From positions 288,001 to 352,000 of the forward strand of contig BK006941.2 of NCBI GenBank assembly GCA_000146045.2: DNA of 64,000 nucleotides, written 5' to 3'. A program made the translations under genes and the position numbers. This stretch comes from TPA_inf: Saccharomyces. Its lineage: Eukaryota. Within the stretch, counting starts at the first letter, position 1. Each line of letters begins with the position of its first letter. Below the pieces are notes generated by a model. It saw only the letters and a program-made list of their open reading frames with translations. It did no database searches and was not told the origin of the DNA. Shown here in pieces: positions 1 to 11,977 of the stretch.

Positions 1-13
1 AATGTAAAAAATT

Positions 14-457
14 TCATAATATCAAGTAGAATTCTTTATTCTCTTTGTGAATTCCTAAACCCATGAAAGGGACTTGTAGTATAAGCTGGATACCTATTTT
101 CATTGGCTTCGTTTCCAAATGACACAAAACCATCACAAAAGGAAATAGTCCTTCCATAGTTACCCAATCATTCTGTTGCATATTAAATGAACAGCTCCTT
201 GTTGATAATGCCAGTGTGGCATATTCACCGCTGCAGTTATTTCTTTTCATATATAATGAGTCATTTGTTTCTGTCATCACTTTTCTATACTTTCTCTTCC
301 CCGCGTGTTTTCCGTACACCAACAATATATGCCATAATACACGTAACATTTTTTTATAAAAAGAAAAGGTAAGTGATATATATAAAATAGCGCCATGAGT
401 AGGAAACTTTTCTGTTACTGCAGATATGTGCCAGACTGGCTCAGGTGGCATAAACAC
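14..457 (-). other. 147-aa minus-strand ORF of doubtful coding status (position of the dubious ORF YGL118C)
   Basis: Hydrophobic/aromatic-rich low-complexity translation with no recognisable domain; the region is AT-rich and looks promoter-like. Confidence 0.25.
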
Positions 458-511
458 AGATTAATAGTATTGGCGTTGCTGAAATAAGAAGATCTGTAAC
501 AATATCTTACA

Positions 512-1309
512 ATGCAGCCAATTTCAATAAAAGATGTGGAAAGCGATCAAGGGAAAGTTTACATTGTTAATGCCTTAAAAGATCTCGTATGCAAGTGCCT
601 TTTAGAATTCGTGGACATTCAAATTGAAAGTTTTATGTATCCGGACGATCCAAAGTGTTTTACAAGGATATTTAAAGGGAACAAGATAGTCAACGAAGCA
701 TCAGATAAAGATTCGAAAGTGAGAAGTTACCCATCTTCATTGGGTGTTGGACACTCTGCTTTGTTTCCTTTGATATACATAAGACAAAAAACCAACTCCT
801 TGCGGTTTTTGAATGATCCAAAGCAATTACCAACACCACTGGTCGATGATATGAACGCAAAATTCAAAGGCATCATTAAAGTTTATGAAAATCTCATTCA
901 CTTGTACCATTCATATCAGACGGTGGATTGCAATAACATGAATCAGCAAAAGCTTTTGGGTGATCTGGTCAGTCGGGGTAATTTCATGCTTGATATCCTC
1001 CACGGGTATGTTACTATTGCATCAACAATAGTACGGGACAGTAAGGATGCCAATATCTTGATAGACACTGTTAATCGGTTCATCCACGATACCATATTAT
1101 TCCACAAGCGCATAATACATAATTCCAACGCTTACACAGAGTACCATGTAATGAAACGTGGCATGCAAAGAAACCAGAGTGAGGAAACGTTAGTTGAACT
1201 TGAATTCCGAATACTGGATGTTTCTGATGTTAATCTGGACAATGAATTTGATGACTTTTTACAGCATAGAAAAACGTCTCTTAAAATAACTCATAGAAGG
1301 GTTATATGA
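512..1309 (+). CDS. YGL117W: Uncharacterized protein, 265 aa (fills the YGL117W slot between YGL118C and CDC20)
   Basis: ATG at 512 and stop at 1309; 265-aa ORF with no recognisable domain; identity assigned by position relative to CDC20/SNF4. Confidence 0.75.
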   Translation: MQPISIKDVESDQGKVYIVNALKDLVCKCLLEFVDIQIESFMYPDDPKCFTRIFKGNKIVNEASDKDSKVRSYPSSLGVGHSALFPLIYIRQKTNSLRFLNDPKQLPTPLVDDMNAKFKGIIKVYENLIHLYHSYQTVDCNNMNQQKLLGDLVSRGNFMLDILHGYVTIASTIVRDSKDANILIDTVNRFIHDTILFHKRIIHNSNAYTEYHVMKRGMQRNQSEETLVELEFRILDVSDVNLDNEFDDFLQHRKTSLKITHRRVI

Positions 1310-1808
1310 TAATTTGACATTCATAATATTGGTAAAAAGTACCCTACATACTACATATTTCTAGAATATCCACAAAGAATGTGTCGTTCTTTTTCTGCGG
1401 TTCTTTGTTAGCTTTCCTTCACTTCCTTTATGTCCTCTTTCATGAAAGTGAAAAATGTGAAGTGCATGCGATTTTTGCGTTAGCAATTTGATTGCCGAAA
1501 GAGGCAAAACGTAAATAGGGTTGGTTTCAAATAATTAGAAGGAGCATCGGAAAAATGCAACGAGCAAAACCTCTAGCAGGCAAAGAATTTATCACCTTTA
1601 AAATAGACTGGAATTTGTCATATTAGTTCCTAATTCAGCCAATTAATAGTTTAAATCAGACTAAACCAGAGATCAGTCATCAAGCTTAGGACTAATCTGC
1701 TTTGCGACTTTGATTTTTGTGTCCAATTGGAAAGAAACCCAAAAATATAGAAATCGTCCATTCATTTAGTGCAGAAATATCAAAAGACAAGTATTACAAA
1801 GAAGACTA

Positions 1809-3641
1809 ATGCCAGAAAGCTCTAGAGATAAGGGAAATGCAGCAATTAGCGGTAACCGTTCTGTACTTTCTATTGCGTCCCCAACAAAGCTAAACATACT
1901 ATCTTCCGATTGGTCCAGAAACCAAGGTAAAGTTTCTAAAAATTCGCTAAAGAGATCAAGTTCACTGAACATTAGAAACTCCAAACGTCCCAGTTTACAA
2001 GCCTCTGCCAATTCTATTTATTCAAGACCTAAGATTACAATTGGGGCACCACCGTTAATAAGACGAGATTCTTCATTTTTCAAAGATGAATTTGACGCTA
2101 AAAAAGACAAAGCAACGTTTTCGGCATACTCTTCTCGTTCATATCCAACAATTGGATCTGAGAGCGTAGTTTCCCAAACATCTTTATCGCAACCGACAAC
2201 ATCTAGAGAAGTTGATGAGCAATTTACAGTAGCTGCGGATAGATATATTCCAATTCTACAGGGAGCTTCGCAAAACAAGGTCGATCCTGAAACCTTACAC
2301 GAGGCATTACCTCCGCCAAACGCGTCGCCAATTTCACACTTAAGGGCCCAGACTAAGATTGTCTTCAAACAAAATGTAGCTGAAGCGTGTGGGTTAGATA
2401 TGAATAAAAGAATACTACAATACATGCCGGAACCACCAAAATGCTCTTCCTTGAGACAAAAAAGCTATATCATGAAGAAAAGAACACATTATAGTTATCA
2501 GCAGGAACAAAAAATTCCTGATTTAATTAAATTAAGGAAAATCAATACCAATCCGGAAAGAATTCTTGATGCACCTGGTTTCCAAGACGACTTTTATTTA
2601 AACTTGTTAAGTTGGTCCAAAAAAAATGTCTTAGCTATAGCACTAGACACTGCATTATATCTGTGGAATGCCACCACTGGGGATGTTTCCCTGTTAACGG
2701 ATTTCGAAAACACCACAATATGCAGCGTTACGTGGTCTGATGATGATTGTCATATCTCTATCGGTAAAGAGGATGGGAACACCGAAATTTGGGACGTTGA
2801 GACCATGTCATTAATTAGAACTATGAGATCAGGCTTAGGTGTCCGTATCGGTTCATTGTCTTGGTTAGATACTTTGATAGCTACAGGCAGTCGTAGTGGA
2901 GAAATTCAAATCAATGATGTCAGGATCAAACAGCATATTGTATCTACATGGGCAGAGCACACAGGCGAAGTCTGCGGTTTGAGCTATAAAAGTGACGGAT
3001 TGCAACTTGCATCTGGTGGTAATGATAACACTGTAATGATTTGGGATACCAGAACGTCCTTGCCTCAATTTTCCAAGAAGACGCATACTGCTGCTGTAAA
3101 AGCACTAAGCTGGTGTCCATATTCGCCAAATATTCTAGCCTCTGGAGGCGGACAAACAGATAAACACATCCATTTTTGGAACAGTATCACAGGTGCACGA
3201 GTTGGCTCAATCAATACCGGATCCCAGGTGAGCTCTTTACATTGGGGCCAAAGTCATACGTCAACCAATGGTGGTATGATGAATAAAGAGATTGTTGCCA
3301 CAGGAGGTAATCCAGAGAATGCAATCTCTGTTTATAATTATGAAACAAAATTCAAAGTTGCAGAAGTAGTTCATGCTCATGAAGCAAGAATATGCTGTTC
3401 TCAATTGTCCCCTGACGGAACCACATTGGCCACAGTGGGAGGAGATGAAAACTTAAAATTTTATAAGATATTTGATCCAAGATGTACAGGAAGATCGAGA
3501 GAAGACGGATTGATGGATGGTATGCTAGGACTTATTGGCAAGGAAGGTTGTCGAACAAATGATAAGGAGAATCGTTCCAAAAATTCGAGTGAGATTCATA
3601 CAAGGAGGCCCTCTAGTACCAGCCAATATTTGATCAGGTGA
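1809..3641 (+). CDS. CDC20: APC/C activator Cdc20, WD40 repeat protein (610 aa)
   Basis: 610-aa ORF with C-terminal WD40 repeats (e.g. 'ASGGNDNTVMIWD'); the length and the low-complexity N-terminus fit yeast Cdc20. Confidence 0.95.
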   Translation: MPESSRDKGNAAISGNRSVLSIASPTKLNILSSDWSRNQGKVSKNSLKRSSSLNIRNSKRPSLQASANSIYSRPKITIGAPPLIRRDSSFFKDEFDAKKDKATFSAYSSRSYPTIGSESVVSQTSLSQPTTSREVDEQFTVAADRYIPILQGASQNKVDPETLHEALPPPNASPISHLRAQTKIVFKQNVAEACGLDMNKRILQYMPEPPKCSSLRQKSYIMKKRTHYSYQQEQKIPDLIKLRKINTNPERILDAPGFQDDFYLNLLSWSKKNVLAIALDTALYLWNATTGDVSLLTDFENTTICSVTWSDDDCHISIGKEDGNTEIWDVETMSLIRTMRSGLGVRIGSLSWLDTLIATGSRSGEIQINDVRIKQHIVSTWAEHTGEVCGLSYKSDGLQLASGGNDNTVMIWDTRTSLPQFSKKTHTAAVKALSWCPYSPNILASGGGQTDKHIHFWNSITGARVGSINTGSQVSSLHWGQSHTSTNGGMMNKEIVATGGNPENAISVYNYETKFKVAEVVHAHEARICCSQLSPDGTTLATVGGDENLKFYKIFDPRCTGRSREDGLMDGMLGLIGKEGCRTNDKENRSKNSSEIHTRRPSSTSQYLIR

Positions 3642-4032
3642 TAAAATAAAAAAAATAAAAGTTCATGTCAAGGCATATAATGAAATTTCCATACACGCAT
3701 ACATAATGTATAAACATAAATGTATTCAAGAAGCTTAAGAAATAAAAGTAATGAACCTTGAGAATACATCAAGATATAACTCATCACATGTTAAAGAACC
3801 CACACACCACACGCGCGAGAACTGGGAGGGAGAGAAATTTAGCAAATAACAAAATTTAGGCCTTGGAAGAAACCATAGCAATGCAATAATCGTTATTAAC
3901 ATAATATCTACATTGAGAACTTCTTGGGCTAGTGGTTTTGCTGCAAACTGGAAAATTGTATCAATCTTTTAACGTTAGCTAAACATCTTCTGCTGTGTTA
4001 GCATTAGGAGGAAGCGAAAAGGAAAATACATA

Positions 4033-5001
4033 ATGAAACCGACACAGGATTCACAAGAAAAGGTTTCTATTGAACAGCAGTTAGCTGTAGAATCGATAAG
4101 GAAGTTTTTGAACTCGAAAACATCTTATGACGTGTTGCCTGTTTCTTACCGTTTAATTGTCTTGGACACCTCGTTGTTAGTGAAGAAATCACTGAATGTT
4201 CTTTTGCAAAATAGCATTGTCTCTGCGCCATTATGGGACTCCAAGACTTCCAGGTTCGCTGGACTTCTAACTACTACAGATTTTATTAATGTCATCCAGT
4301 ATTACTTCTCCAATCCAGATAAGTTCGAATTAGTAGACAAATTACAGTTAGATGGATTAAAAGATATAGAGCGTGCTCTCGGTGTTGATCAACTAGATAC
4401 AGCTTCAATTCATCCTTCTAGACCCTTATTTGAGGCGTGTCTTAAGATGTTAGAATCAAGAAGTGGTAGAATACCACTGATCGATCAAGATGAAGAGACA
4501 CATAGAGAAATTGTCGTTAGTGTTCTTACGCAATATAGAATTCTGAAGTTCGTTGCTTTAAATTGCAGGGAAACACATTTTCTAAAGATTCCAATTGGGG
4601 ACTTGAACATTATTACGCAAGATAACATGAAAAGCTGTCAAATGACCACTCCGGTCATAGACGTCATTCAGATGCTTACCCAAGGTCGGGTTTCTTCCGT
4701 CCCTATTATTGACGAAAACGGCTACTTAATCAACGTATATGAAGCATACGATGTCCTAGGCTTGATAAAAGGAGGCATCTACAACGACCTGTCATTGAGC
4801 GTCGGAGAAGCCCTTATGAGGAGAAGTGATGATTTTGAGGGTGTTTATACATGCACTAAGAATGATAAATTATCTACTATTATGGATAACATCAGAAAAG
4901 CAAGGGTGCATAGATTCTTTGTAGTTGATGACGTCGGACGGTTGGTTGGTGTCTTGACGTTAAGCGATATTCTCAAATATATCCTTCTAGGTAGCAACTG
5001 A
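4033..5001 (+). CDS. SNF4: SNF1/AMPK gamma subunit with CBS domains (322 aa)
   Basis: 322-aa ORF beginning MKPTQDSQEKVSIEQQ with four CBS-like repeats; adjacent to CDC20 as in chr VII. Confidence 0.95.
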   Translation: MKPTQDSQEKVSIEQQLAVESIRKFLNSKTSYDVLPVSYRLIVLDTSLLVKKSLNVLLQNSIVSAPLWDSKTSRFAGLLTTTDFINVIQYYFSNPDKFELVDKLQLDGLKDIERALGVDQLDTASIHPSRPLFEACLKMLESRSGRIPLIDQDEETHREIVVSVLTQYRILKFVALNCRETHFLKIPIGDLNIITQDNMKSCQMTTPVIDVIQMLTQGRVSSVPIIDENGYLINVYEAYDVLGLIKGGIYNDLSLSVGEALMRRSDDFEGVYTCTKNDKLSTIMDNIRKARVHRFFVVDDVGRLVGVLTLSDILKYILLGSN

Positions 5002-5459
5002 AACGAGCCGATGAGATTTTTGTGTACATACTATAAATAAATGCAACTAATAAAGTCATGATTAATCAGTCATGCATACTTCATCTGACCAATATATTTT
5101 CATCTTGCTTATTTTGGGTATAATTCGGCGGAAATTCGGTTATAAAGCGAAGTGAAAAATCGATTAGTAATGATACTGATGCGATCTCTGGGAGGGGGGA
5201 ATGCTGCATATAAGGGTGAAGGAAGATAATGCAAAGCCTTTTGTAGTATTGTCTGTTGATACCAAAATAAATTAGTTCATCAAAAAGGTACAGGCAGCTA
5301 AAGAAAAGCTGTAAATTTAACGCCGTAGAAGGTATTTTTCGTGAGATCTATCTCAAGGCATCATTTTTTTTATTTTCGCACCAAGATAGGAAGAAAAAGA
5401 GTCACAGTATAGAGGACTAACCGTTAAAGATTCTAAATCGGTACTGTAAATACTTTGAA

Positions 5460-7637
5460 ATGCCTCAATCTACTCCAAGTCAAGAAGTACAGCGTGTACC
5501 ATGGGATAATAAACCTGCTTTGAAGCAGATAACACTCCGAGCAACCATAGCAGGTATCGCTATAGGGTCTCTGGTGCTAACATCAAATTTTCAATTTGGC
5601 CTGCAAACCGGTTGGGTTTCCATGATGTCCCTGCCATCGGCATTGTTAGCTTGTGCTTTCTTTAAAAATATCTGGCCATTAATATTTCCGAACGACAGGC
5701 CTTTCAGTGACGTTGAAAATGTATACGTACAAAGTATGGCAGTAGCTGTCGGAACAGGCCCATTAGCCTTTGGGTTTGTCGGCGTCATACCTGCCATCGA
5801 GAAGTTCCTTACTAACGACGAAAGTGGTGGATTAAGGGAACAAGGACAGTCCTTCACTTTTAGAGAATTGTTAATATGGTCCACAGCCCTAGCATTCTTC
5901 GGTATTTTTTTTGCAGTTCCTCTAAGAAAGCAAGTAATTGTTAGAGAGAAACTTCCCTTCCCCAGTGGTAGCGCCACGGCCACTTTAATTTCAGTGCTAA
6001 ATGGAACTGAGATTTTACAAGAGGTTTCTAAGTCAGAGTTATTGGAAATGAGGCAGAGGAGATTGAATGAATGCCCTGAAGTGCTACAACCCAACAGAGA
6101 TCCAGAGGAGGCGGATTATTTAATGAACTCTTCTCATAGCGAACTTGGTGATTATACGGCAACTAGCCAAGATGGAAGTTCTATCCTTTCTACTGGCTCT
6201 GAGAACTACAGAGCGAATATTATTATTTTATTGAAAACTTTTGTTGTTTCTTCGCTTTACACCATGGTGTCATATTTTGTACCGGTAATACGGTCTATTC
6301 CAGTCTTCGGAAAATACCTCTCGAACAATTATCTCTGGAATTTTCAGCCGTCGCCTGCGTATATAGGCCAAGGGATAATAATGGGTCTTCCAACAGTATC
6401 GTATATGCTTATCGGGTGCTTCTTAGGCTGGGGTGTGTTAGCACCATTGGCGAGATACAAAAGATGGGTACCACCAGATGCTGATGTCCACGACTGGGAG
6501 GAGGGAGTGCAAGGATGGATTCTTTGGTCGTCGCTTTCAATAATGGTTGCTGACAGTGTAGTCGCTTTTATTGTTGTGACAGTGAAGTCCATTGTGAAAT
6601 TTATTCTTATAGATGACAAAGCTGCTTTACTGAACAACATAATCGATGATACATTTCAATCTATGTTACTGGAGGAGGAACGCGCCATTAATAGCAGCAG
6701 AAGAAATACATATGTTGATGGAAGGCAGGACACCGTAAGATTAGTGAGTAGAGATAACGAAATAGAAGTAGATTCGAAGCATTTGGTTCGCTATACCACC
6801 GTTATCAGTGGATGTCTAGTCTCCTCGATAATATGCATTGTTTCCATAATATATTTGTTTGGGATACAAGTAATTCCCCTATATGCTATTATCACTGCTT
6901 TGATACTTGCGTTGTTTCTATCTATTCTCGGTATTCGAGCACTTGGAGAGACCGATCTGAATCCTGTGAGCGGCATTGGTAAGATCTCTCAATTGATTTT
7001 TGCCTTTATCATACCAAGGGATAGACCTGGATCAGTGTTAATGAACGTGGTATCGGGAGGTATTGCAGAAGCCTCTGCCCAACAGGCGGGCGATTTAATG
7101 CAGGATTTGAAAACGGGGCACCTCCTCGGCGCCTCCCCAAGAGCTCAGTTCTGTGCCCAATTGATAGGGGCCTGTTGGTCAATTATTTTGTCTAGCTTCA
7201 TGTATTTGTGCTACAATAAAGTTTATTCAATTCCGAGTGAGCAATTCAGGATACCGACAGCAGTAGTGTGGATAGATTGTGCAAGACTAGTAACTGGTAA
7301 AGGGCTCCCTGATAAGGCCTTGGAGTGCTCCATGATTCTCGGAGTCATATTTGCCGTTTTATCATTAATCAGAAACACTTATAGAGATTACGGATACGGG
7401 TGGATATTATATATTCCGTCTGGTGTAGCAGTCGGTGTTGGTATATTTAATTCTCCCAGTTTTACAATTGCAAGATTCATCGGCGGGTGGGCTTCGCATT
7501 TTTGGTTGAAGAATCATAGGGGTGACTTAAATGCGAAAACAAAAATGATTGTATTCAGTTCGGGGTTGGTCTTAGGTGAAGGTATCTTTAGCGTAATAAA
7601 CATGCTCTTCATCTGCTTAAATGTCCCTCACTATTAG
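5460..7637 (+). CDS. YGL114W: Polytopic membrane protein of the oligopeptide transporter (OPT) family, 725 aa
   Basis: 725-aa ORF with many hydrophobic segments; identity from position between SNF4 and SLD3. Confidence 0.85.
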   Translation: MPQSTPSQEVQRVPWDNKPALKQITLRATIAGIAIGSLVLTSNFQFGLQTGWVSMMSLPSALLACAFFKNIWPLIFPNDRPFSDVENVYVQSMAVAVGTGPLAFGFVGVIPAIEKFLTNDESGGLREQGQSFTFRELLIWSTALAFFGIFFAVPLRKQVIVREKLPFPSGSATATLISVLNGTEILQEVSKSELLEMRQRRLNECPEVLQPNRDPEEADYLMNSSHSELGDYTATSQDGSSILSTGSENYRANIIILLKTFVVSSLYTMVSYFVPVIRSIPVFGKYLSNNYLWNFQPSPAYIGQGIIMGLPTVSYMLIGCFLGWGVLAPLARYKRWVPPDADVHDWEEGVQGWILWSSLSIMVADSVVAFIVVTVKSIVKFILIDDKAALLNNIIDDTFQSMLLEEERAINSSRRNTYVDGRQDTVRLVSRDNEIEVDSKHLVRYTTVISGCLVSSIICIVSIIYLFGIQVIPLYAIITALILALFLSILGIRALGETDLNPVSGIGKISQLIFAFIIPRDRPGSVLMNVVSGGIAEASAQQAGDLMQDLKTGHLLGASPRAQFCAQLIGACWSIILSSFMYLCYNKVYSIPSEQFRIPTAVVWIDCARLVTGKGLPDKALECSMILGVIFAVLSLIRNTYRDYGYGWILYIPSGVAVGVGIFNSPSFTIARFIGGWASHFWLKNHRGDLNAKTKMIVFSSGLVLGEGIFSVINMLFICLNVPHY

Positions 7638-7931
7638 GTATATAATATTTTACTAATAAAGAATTTACAAAGTTTACAAATTTTAAATTATTTACTCATC
7701 ACATAATTCGATGTCTTAGATTTCCCTGTATATATATTTCTAGGTGACAAAAATCCTAGGCAAAATGTTATATTATACGCGACCTTGAAATATCGGCTAT
7801 CTTGGTGTACAACATGGTCCATTTAAGAAAAATAAAAAAAAGTGATGGGCACTGTTAAAACAGGCAGAAGCCTCATTCATAACTGCTGAAGGGTTAAGAT
7901 CGTATAGGTAGGAACGATCTGACCTCTCATA

Positions 7932-9938
7932 ATGGAAACATGGGAAGTCATAGCATCGGTAAAAGAAGCAACAAAAGGCCTTGACTTGAGCTTAGATCAT
8001 CCACTTATTATTAAATCCGAGGACGTGCCCAGTAACATTCTCCAATTACTGCAACAGAAGAATCGACGTCAATTGAAACACATCTGCATGAAATCAAGAA
8101 AAGAGTATTTTCTACTAGAGGAATATGGGCCAGGATTTTGGGTTAAGTGGCCGTACAATTATTTCAATGGTTACAGCTTACCAGAAAGGCGTACGGAAGT
8201 TGTAACGACAGTTGAAAGAGAAAGAGCTAAGCGTGAAACGTTAAAAACATGGGACGAATTGAAATTTAAAGAGCTTCTTCATTTATGGTCAGAAGAACCC
8301 AAGGGCTCGTGTAAGCTTGAGAAGGACAAAGACCTTAAACTGGATATGAATCCCCCAGATATGAAAGGCGAATCAAAAATTAATGACTACTATTCAGACC
8401 CTAAAGAGTACATAGAAAGTAAGTATTATGATGCTCTTTTTTCCATACATACGCCTCTCGCATATTTCGTCAAGTCAAATTTAGTAAGGCTCAAAAATAC
8501 CTGCCGAACCAAGTACGGAAGTGACAGTTACAAAATAGCCTATCAAGCCATGCTGCAAAAATTTCTTCTCTCAATTGTACAATTCAAAGATAGACATGAT
8601 AACAGGCTTTTATTAGAGCCCTTTTCTAGTCCCATAGCAGATGAAAAAAGGAAGAACTGTCTCACAAAATTTGTTATCCAAGATGAAAACAAAAACAGCT
8701 CAACCATTGCTGATTTATGTGTTGTATTAAAATCCCGCGAAATAAAGCTACAAATATTATTGCTATTAGAGATAATAGGATTGAACGATTTAGATTGGAA
8801 TTTTAGAGATTTTGAGAAAAAGTATAAATTAAAATTGAAGAAAAGATCACTTAATTTGACAAAAAAGGGATTAGTTCGTCGAAGATCGAAGAAAAAAACC
8901 AGCGAAAAAGACAAAGGAATCGAGAGAATAACAACATCTTTGGATTATTGTGAACAGTTAGACTTGTACTTAGATAGAGCATGCATCTTGGACATTCTAC
9001 TATCAAGTGAAACGCCCAACCCAGATGCCATAGAAGCATCAAATGGAACAATACAAGAGCATAAAAAAAATATCCTAGACAAAAGCAAAGAAGCCTCATT
9101 GGTTGGGTTCATAAATTATGTTCTTATTCCATATTTCAACAAAAAGGTACCACACGCCGTTGAATTTATAATTCAAAAGCTCAAGGGACCAAGCATGAGA
9201 CCAAAGAGAGCCCTGAAAAAGGTCAACGATAGCACAAATGTATCGTCACCTAATACTGTAGAAACGTATAACAGGTTATCCACGAGTCAACGTGCCTCTC
9301 GCTCTTCAATCATTAATTCCGTCCCATCTTCACCCGCATTGAGAAGGGTGGACGCTAATTTGTTCAGCAGAAAATCTATAGCTTCGCCCACCCCTGAACT
9401 TTTGAATTCTAGAACGAACTCTAACTTGAATGAATTTCTCGAAAGTGAAACTAGAAGCTTAAAGCGCCCTTCACAATTGGGAAGGACGAAGTCTGATCTA
9501 ACGATGAATCATTTACAAAAACGGCAGTTTTCTGTCTCTGACTTAAGCACAACAAGAGTACCGAATTCATCAACTATCACACTCAAAACGCCTTTCTCGC
9601 ACTCAACTATTAATGCATACAAAACTATGAATAACTCTTTTCGCAGAGTTGGGAAACGTAAAGATATCAATGAAACGATACGCCTACATGAACGTGTAGA
9701 CTCTGAGGAAAACGTACAAGTTCAAGCCACTCCTGCTGTGAAAAAAAGAACTGTGACACCTAATAAAAAGGCGCAACTTCAAAGCATCATTGAATCGCCG
9801 CTAAATTTCAAGGATGATGATACGCATGAAGGCAGAAAAAATACCTCCAATATTACCTCTACTCCCACTAATAAGCCCCCGGAAAATAGCTCAAAAAGGA
9901 GAGTAAGAAGACGTTTATTTGCTCCAGAATCCACATAG
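7932..9938 (+). CDS. SLD3: DNA replication initiation factor Sld3 (668 aa)
   Basis: 668-aa ORF with a Ser/Thr-Pro-rich, basic C-terminus (CDK target region); the length matches Sld3. Confidence 0.9.
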   Translation: METWEVIASVKEATKGLDLSLDHPLIIKSEDVPSNILQLLQQKNRRQLKHICMKSRKEYFLLEEYGPGFWVKWPYNYFNGYSLPERRTEVVTTVERERAKRETLKTWDELKFKELLHLWSEEPKGSCKLEKDKDLKLDMNPPDMKGESKINDYYSDPKEYIESKYYDALFSIHTPLAYFVKSNLVRLKNTCRTKYGSDSYKIAYQAMLQKFLLSIVQFKDRHDNRLLLEPFSSPIADEKRKNCLTKFVIQDENKNSSTIADLCVVLKSREIKLQILLLLEIIGLNDLDWNFRDFEKKYKLKLKKRSLNLTKKGLVRRRSKKKTSEKDKGIERITTSLDYCEQLDLYLDRACILDILLSSETPNPDAIEASNGTIQEHKKNILDKSKEASLVGFINYVLIPYFNKKVPHAVEFIIQKLKGPSMRPKRALKKVNDSTNVSSPNTVETYNRLSTSQRASRSSIINSVPSSPALRRVDANLFSRKSIASPTPELLNSRTNSNLNEFLESETRSLKRPSQLGRTKSDLTMNHLQKRQFSVSDLSTTRVPNSSTITLKTPFSHSTINAYKTMNNSFRRVGKRKDINETIRLHERVDSEENVQVQATPAVKKRTVTPNKKAQLQSIIESPLNFKDDDTHEGRKNTSNITSTPTNKPPENSSKRRVRRRLFAPEST

Positions 9939-10177
9939 AATAAGAAACTGCGAGACCACCTTCGCTGGCAAGTAGTTGACCCAACTCCATCTTTGTAGCT
10001 TTTCTTGGACGAAAAGGGAATAAAATAAAACTAAGCTACAACAATTTCGCACTTCGGGGGCCTTTGAGTATACAATTAAATAACTCATCATGCATATATA
10101 TATATATACATACAATGGCGTATGTAAAAACTGTTATATAACATTACCGTTGTACTATTAGTATAAACCGATTCTCA

Positions 10178-11728
10178 CTATTCGCCAAAAAATATCGCAC
10201 TAATTAATTCTTTTGCGTCGTCTCTTTTCAAAATGTGAAATCCAATAGTGACACCACACCTCTCTAGCAATTTTTCCTTATCCTCATCCGTAACTTTTTC
10301 ACCTTTACCCTCGTACAAATCTGGTAAATCCTTTTTTAGAACTAACAATGCACTAATTACAGTATCAACCAAGATTTGAGTTTCTTCTTTAGTAAATTTG
10401 GTCCTAGTTGGATTGGAGTCATCGTTCAAATGTTCCTCTATATTGTCTAGAGTTATTCCGCTTTCATTGAATACCAAGCGCGCCCAATTATTTAGGTTTC
10501 CTAAGAAGAATCTGATGGATTCACCTTCTAGTACCGATACACCCTTTAAGCACCCATAGTAAGTCCCAAAAACACGGTTTATGTCCAAAAATGTCTTTAG
10601 CAGTGTCCTAGTTACTCTTGGCTTCAGGGATTTGTATGCTTGAGGAAATTTTTTCAATACATAGTCCAACAAAGATGCGGCAAAATCACGTAGTGCATTC
10701 GTTCTTTCTAAAAATTCATGAATTTCTTGCGGCGAATCATCTTTTGGTGATCCACCAAGTTTTTTTGCTAATAGCAAGGTTAAAATGGAAGGCATTAACG
10801 AATGAATATAAGGGTCCAGGAAAATAGAAGTATTGCTTAGTAAAGAGTAAATCATTTCCAAAATTGTTGTTAGCAATTGTAAATCGGAAAGATTTTGTGT
10901 GATTTGTTCGGCAATAAATTGAATAAAATATGGAACCAGTTGGTGCAGGCCACTATCAGTTCGTAGTGAAGTCAAAGCTGCTTGTTTCATATGCTGTGCA
11001 GCTTCATCAGCTTGACTCTTCGCTGTCAAGGTTGAAATGACCTTATTGAAATAAATCTGTAATTCTTTGGATAAAACGTGTTTCACTAAAGGTTTGACTT
11101 CAGTATTCTGTCCTGGTTTAACATTAGACAGGTGTTGAGAGGCGCCTGTATCCGTCACAGAAGCACTTGCTGTCGTCGACGTTACAGGTGTTTGGAGGCT
11201 GTTATCATTCAAAGCAGTGACAATAGCACCTCTAATAAATGGTGGTTGGGATACCCTTATATCATTCAAATTTGGATTTTGGATTATGGCAGGTTGAACC
11301 CCTTCAACTGCTAGCCAATGTGTAGTAAAAGTTGGTAGACGAGGCACTTGCGGTAATGGCTCATTTATTAATCTATCAAAATCTACTTCTTCCTCATCCA
11401 GGTAGTAAACCGACTGTCCTCCACTTGTGTTAACCTTACTAAATGATACAGCTTTATTAACTTCAGAGCCATCATAATATCCATATAAAGGTTCCACATT
11501 CAGAACACGCAGGGCCTTCGATACATCGTCTGTAGTTAAAACATCTCTTTTAGAGTGTCTTTTAAACTTGACTGCCTGTTCAATAATCTCTAGAATACGG
11601 TATTCAACGTCCATAGCAAGTGCTTTCAACACGTCATCGTTGATATTTTCCAACCCAAGCGACTCAGCGACATCTTTAACAGTATCTTGTGGAGACCAAA
11701 TTGTGTAAGATTGCTGCTGTGTAGACAT
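10178..11728 (-). CDS. TAF6: TFIID/SAGA subunit Taf6 (516 aa)
   Basis: 516-aa ORF on the minus strand beginning [25 protein letters not shown], which is the start of the histone H4-like fold. Confidence 0.92.
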
Positions 11729-11977
11729 TTTAACAGGCTATCAACTACACTGAGGCGTCCTTTGCTTCCTTTTTAAAGCCAATCTATTGTTTTCGCTCAT
11801 GAACTACTTTTGCTGCTACTTGAATCGGTGTTTGTTATTGATGGTTTCCGGGTATTTTTTTGGTAATAAAATAAAGCTGAAAAATTTTGTAAAGCGATGC
11901 CCAATCTCGAAGCCTCACTTCAATGAACATAATACAGAGAAAATTTAACCATAAATAGGCCCAGCTTCGATCGTAAA

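Noticed and set aside
1400-1808. Possible Mcm1-Fkh2 (CLB2-cluster) element in the CDC20 promoter ('gtgtccaattggaaag' at ~1722..1737 and 'cgtaaatagg' at ~1510..1519)
   Set aside because: The CC(W)6GG core is too short (CCAATTGG has only 4 W positions) and the forkhead-like GTAAATA is about 200 bp away. I could not support a bipartite site from sequence alone.
2018-2425. Antisense or shadow ORFs of 60-170 aa inside larger genes (e.g. 2018..2425, 5591..6094, 8543..8914, 13576..13806, 50115..50354, 60263..60733)
   Set aside because: Each lies entirely within a well-supported gene on the opposite strand or in another frame. Their translations are low-complexity (Ser/Leu/Phe-rich) with no domains, as expected of chance ORFs in AT-rich DNA.
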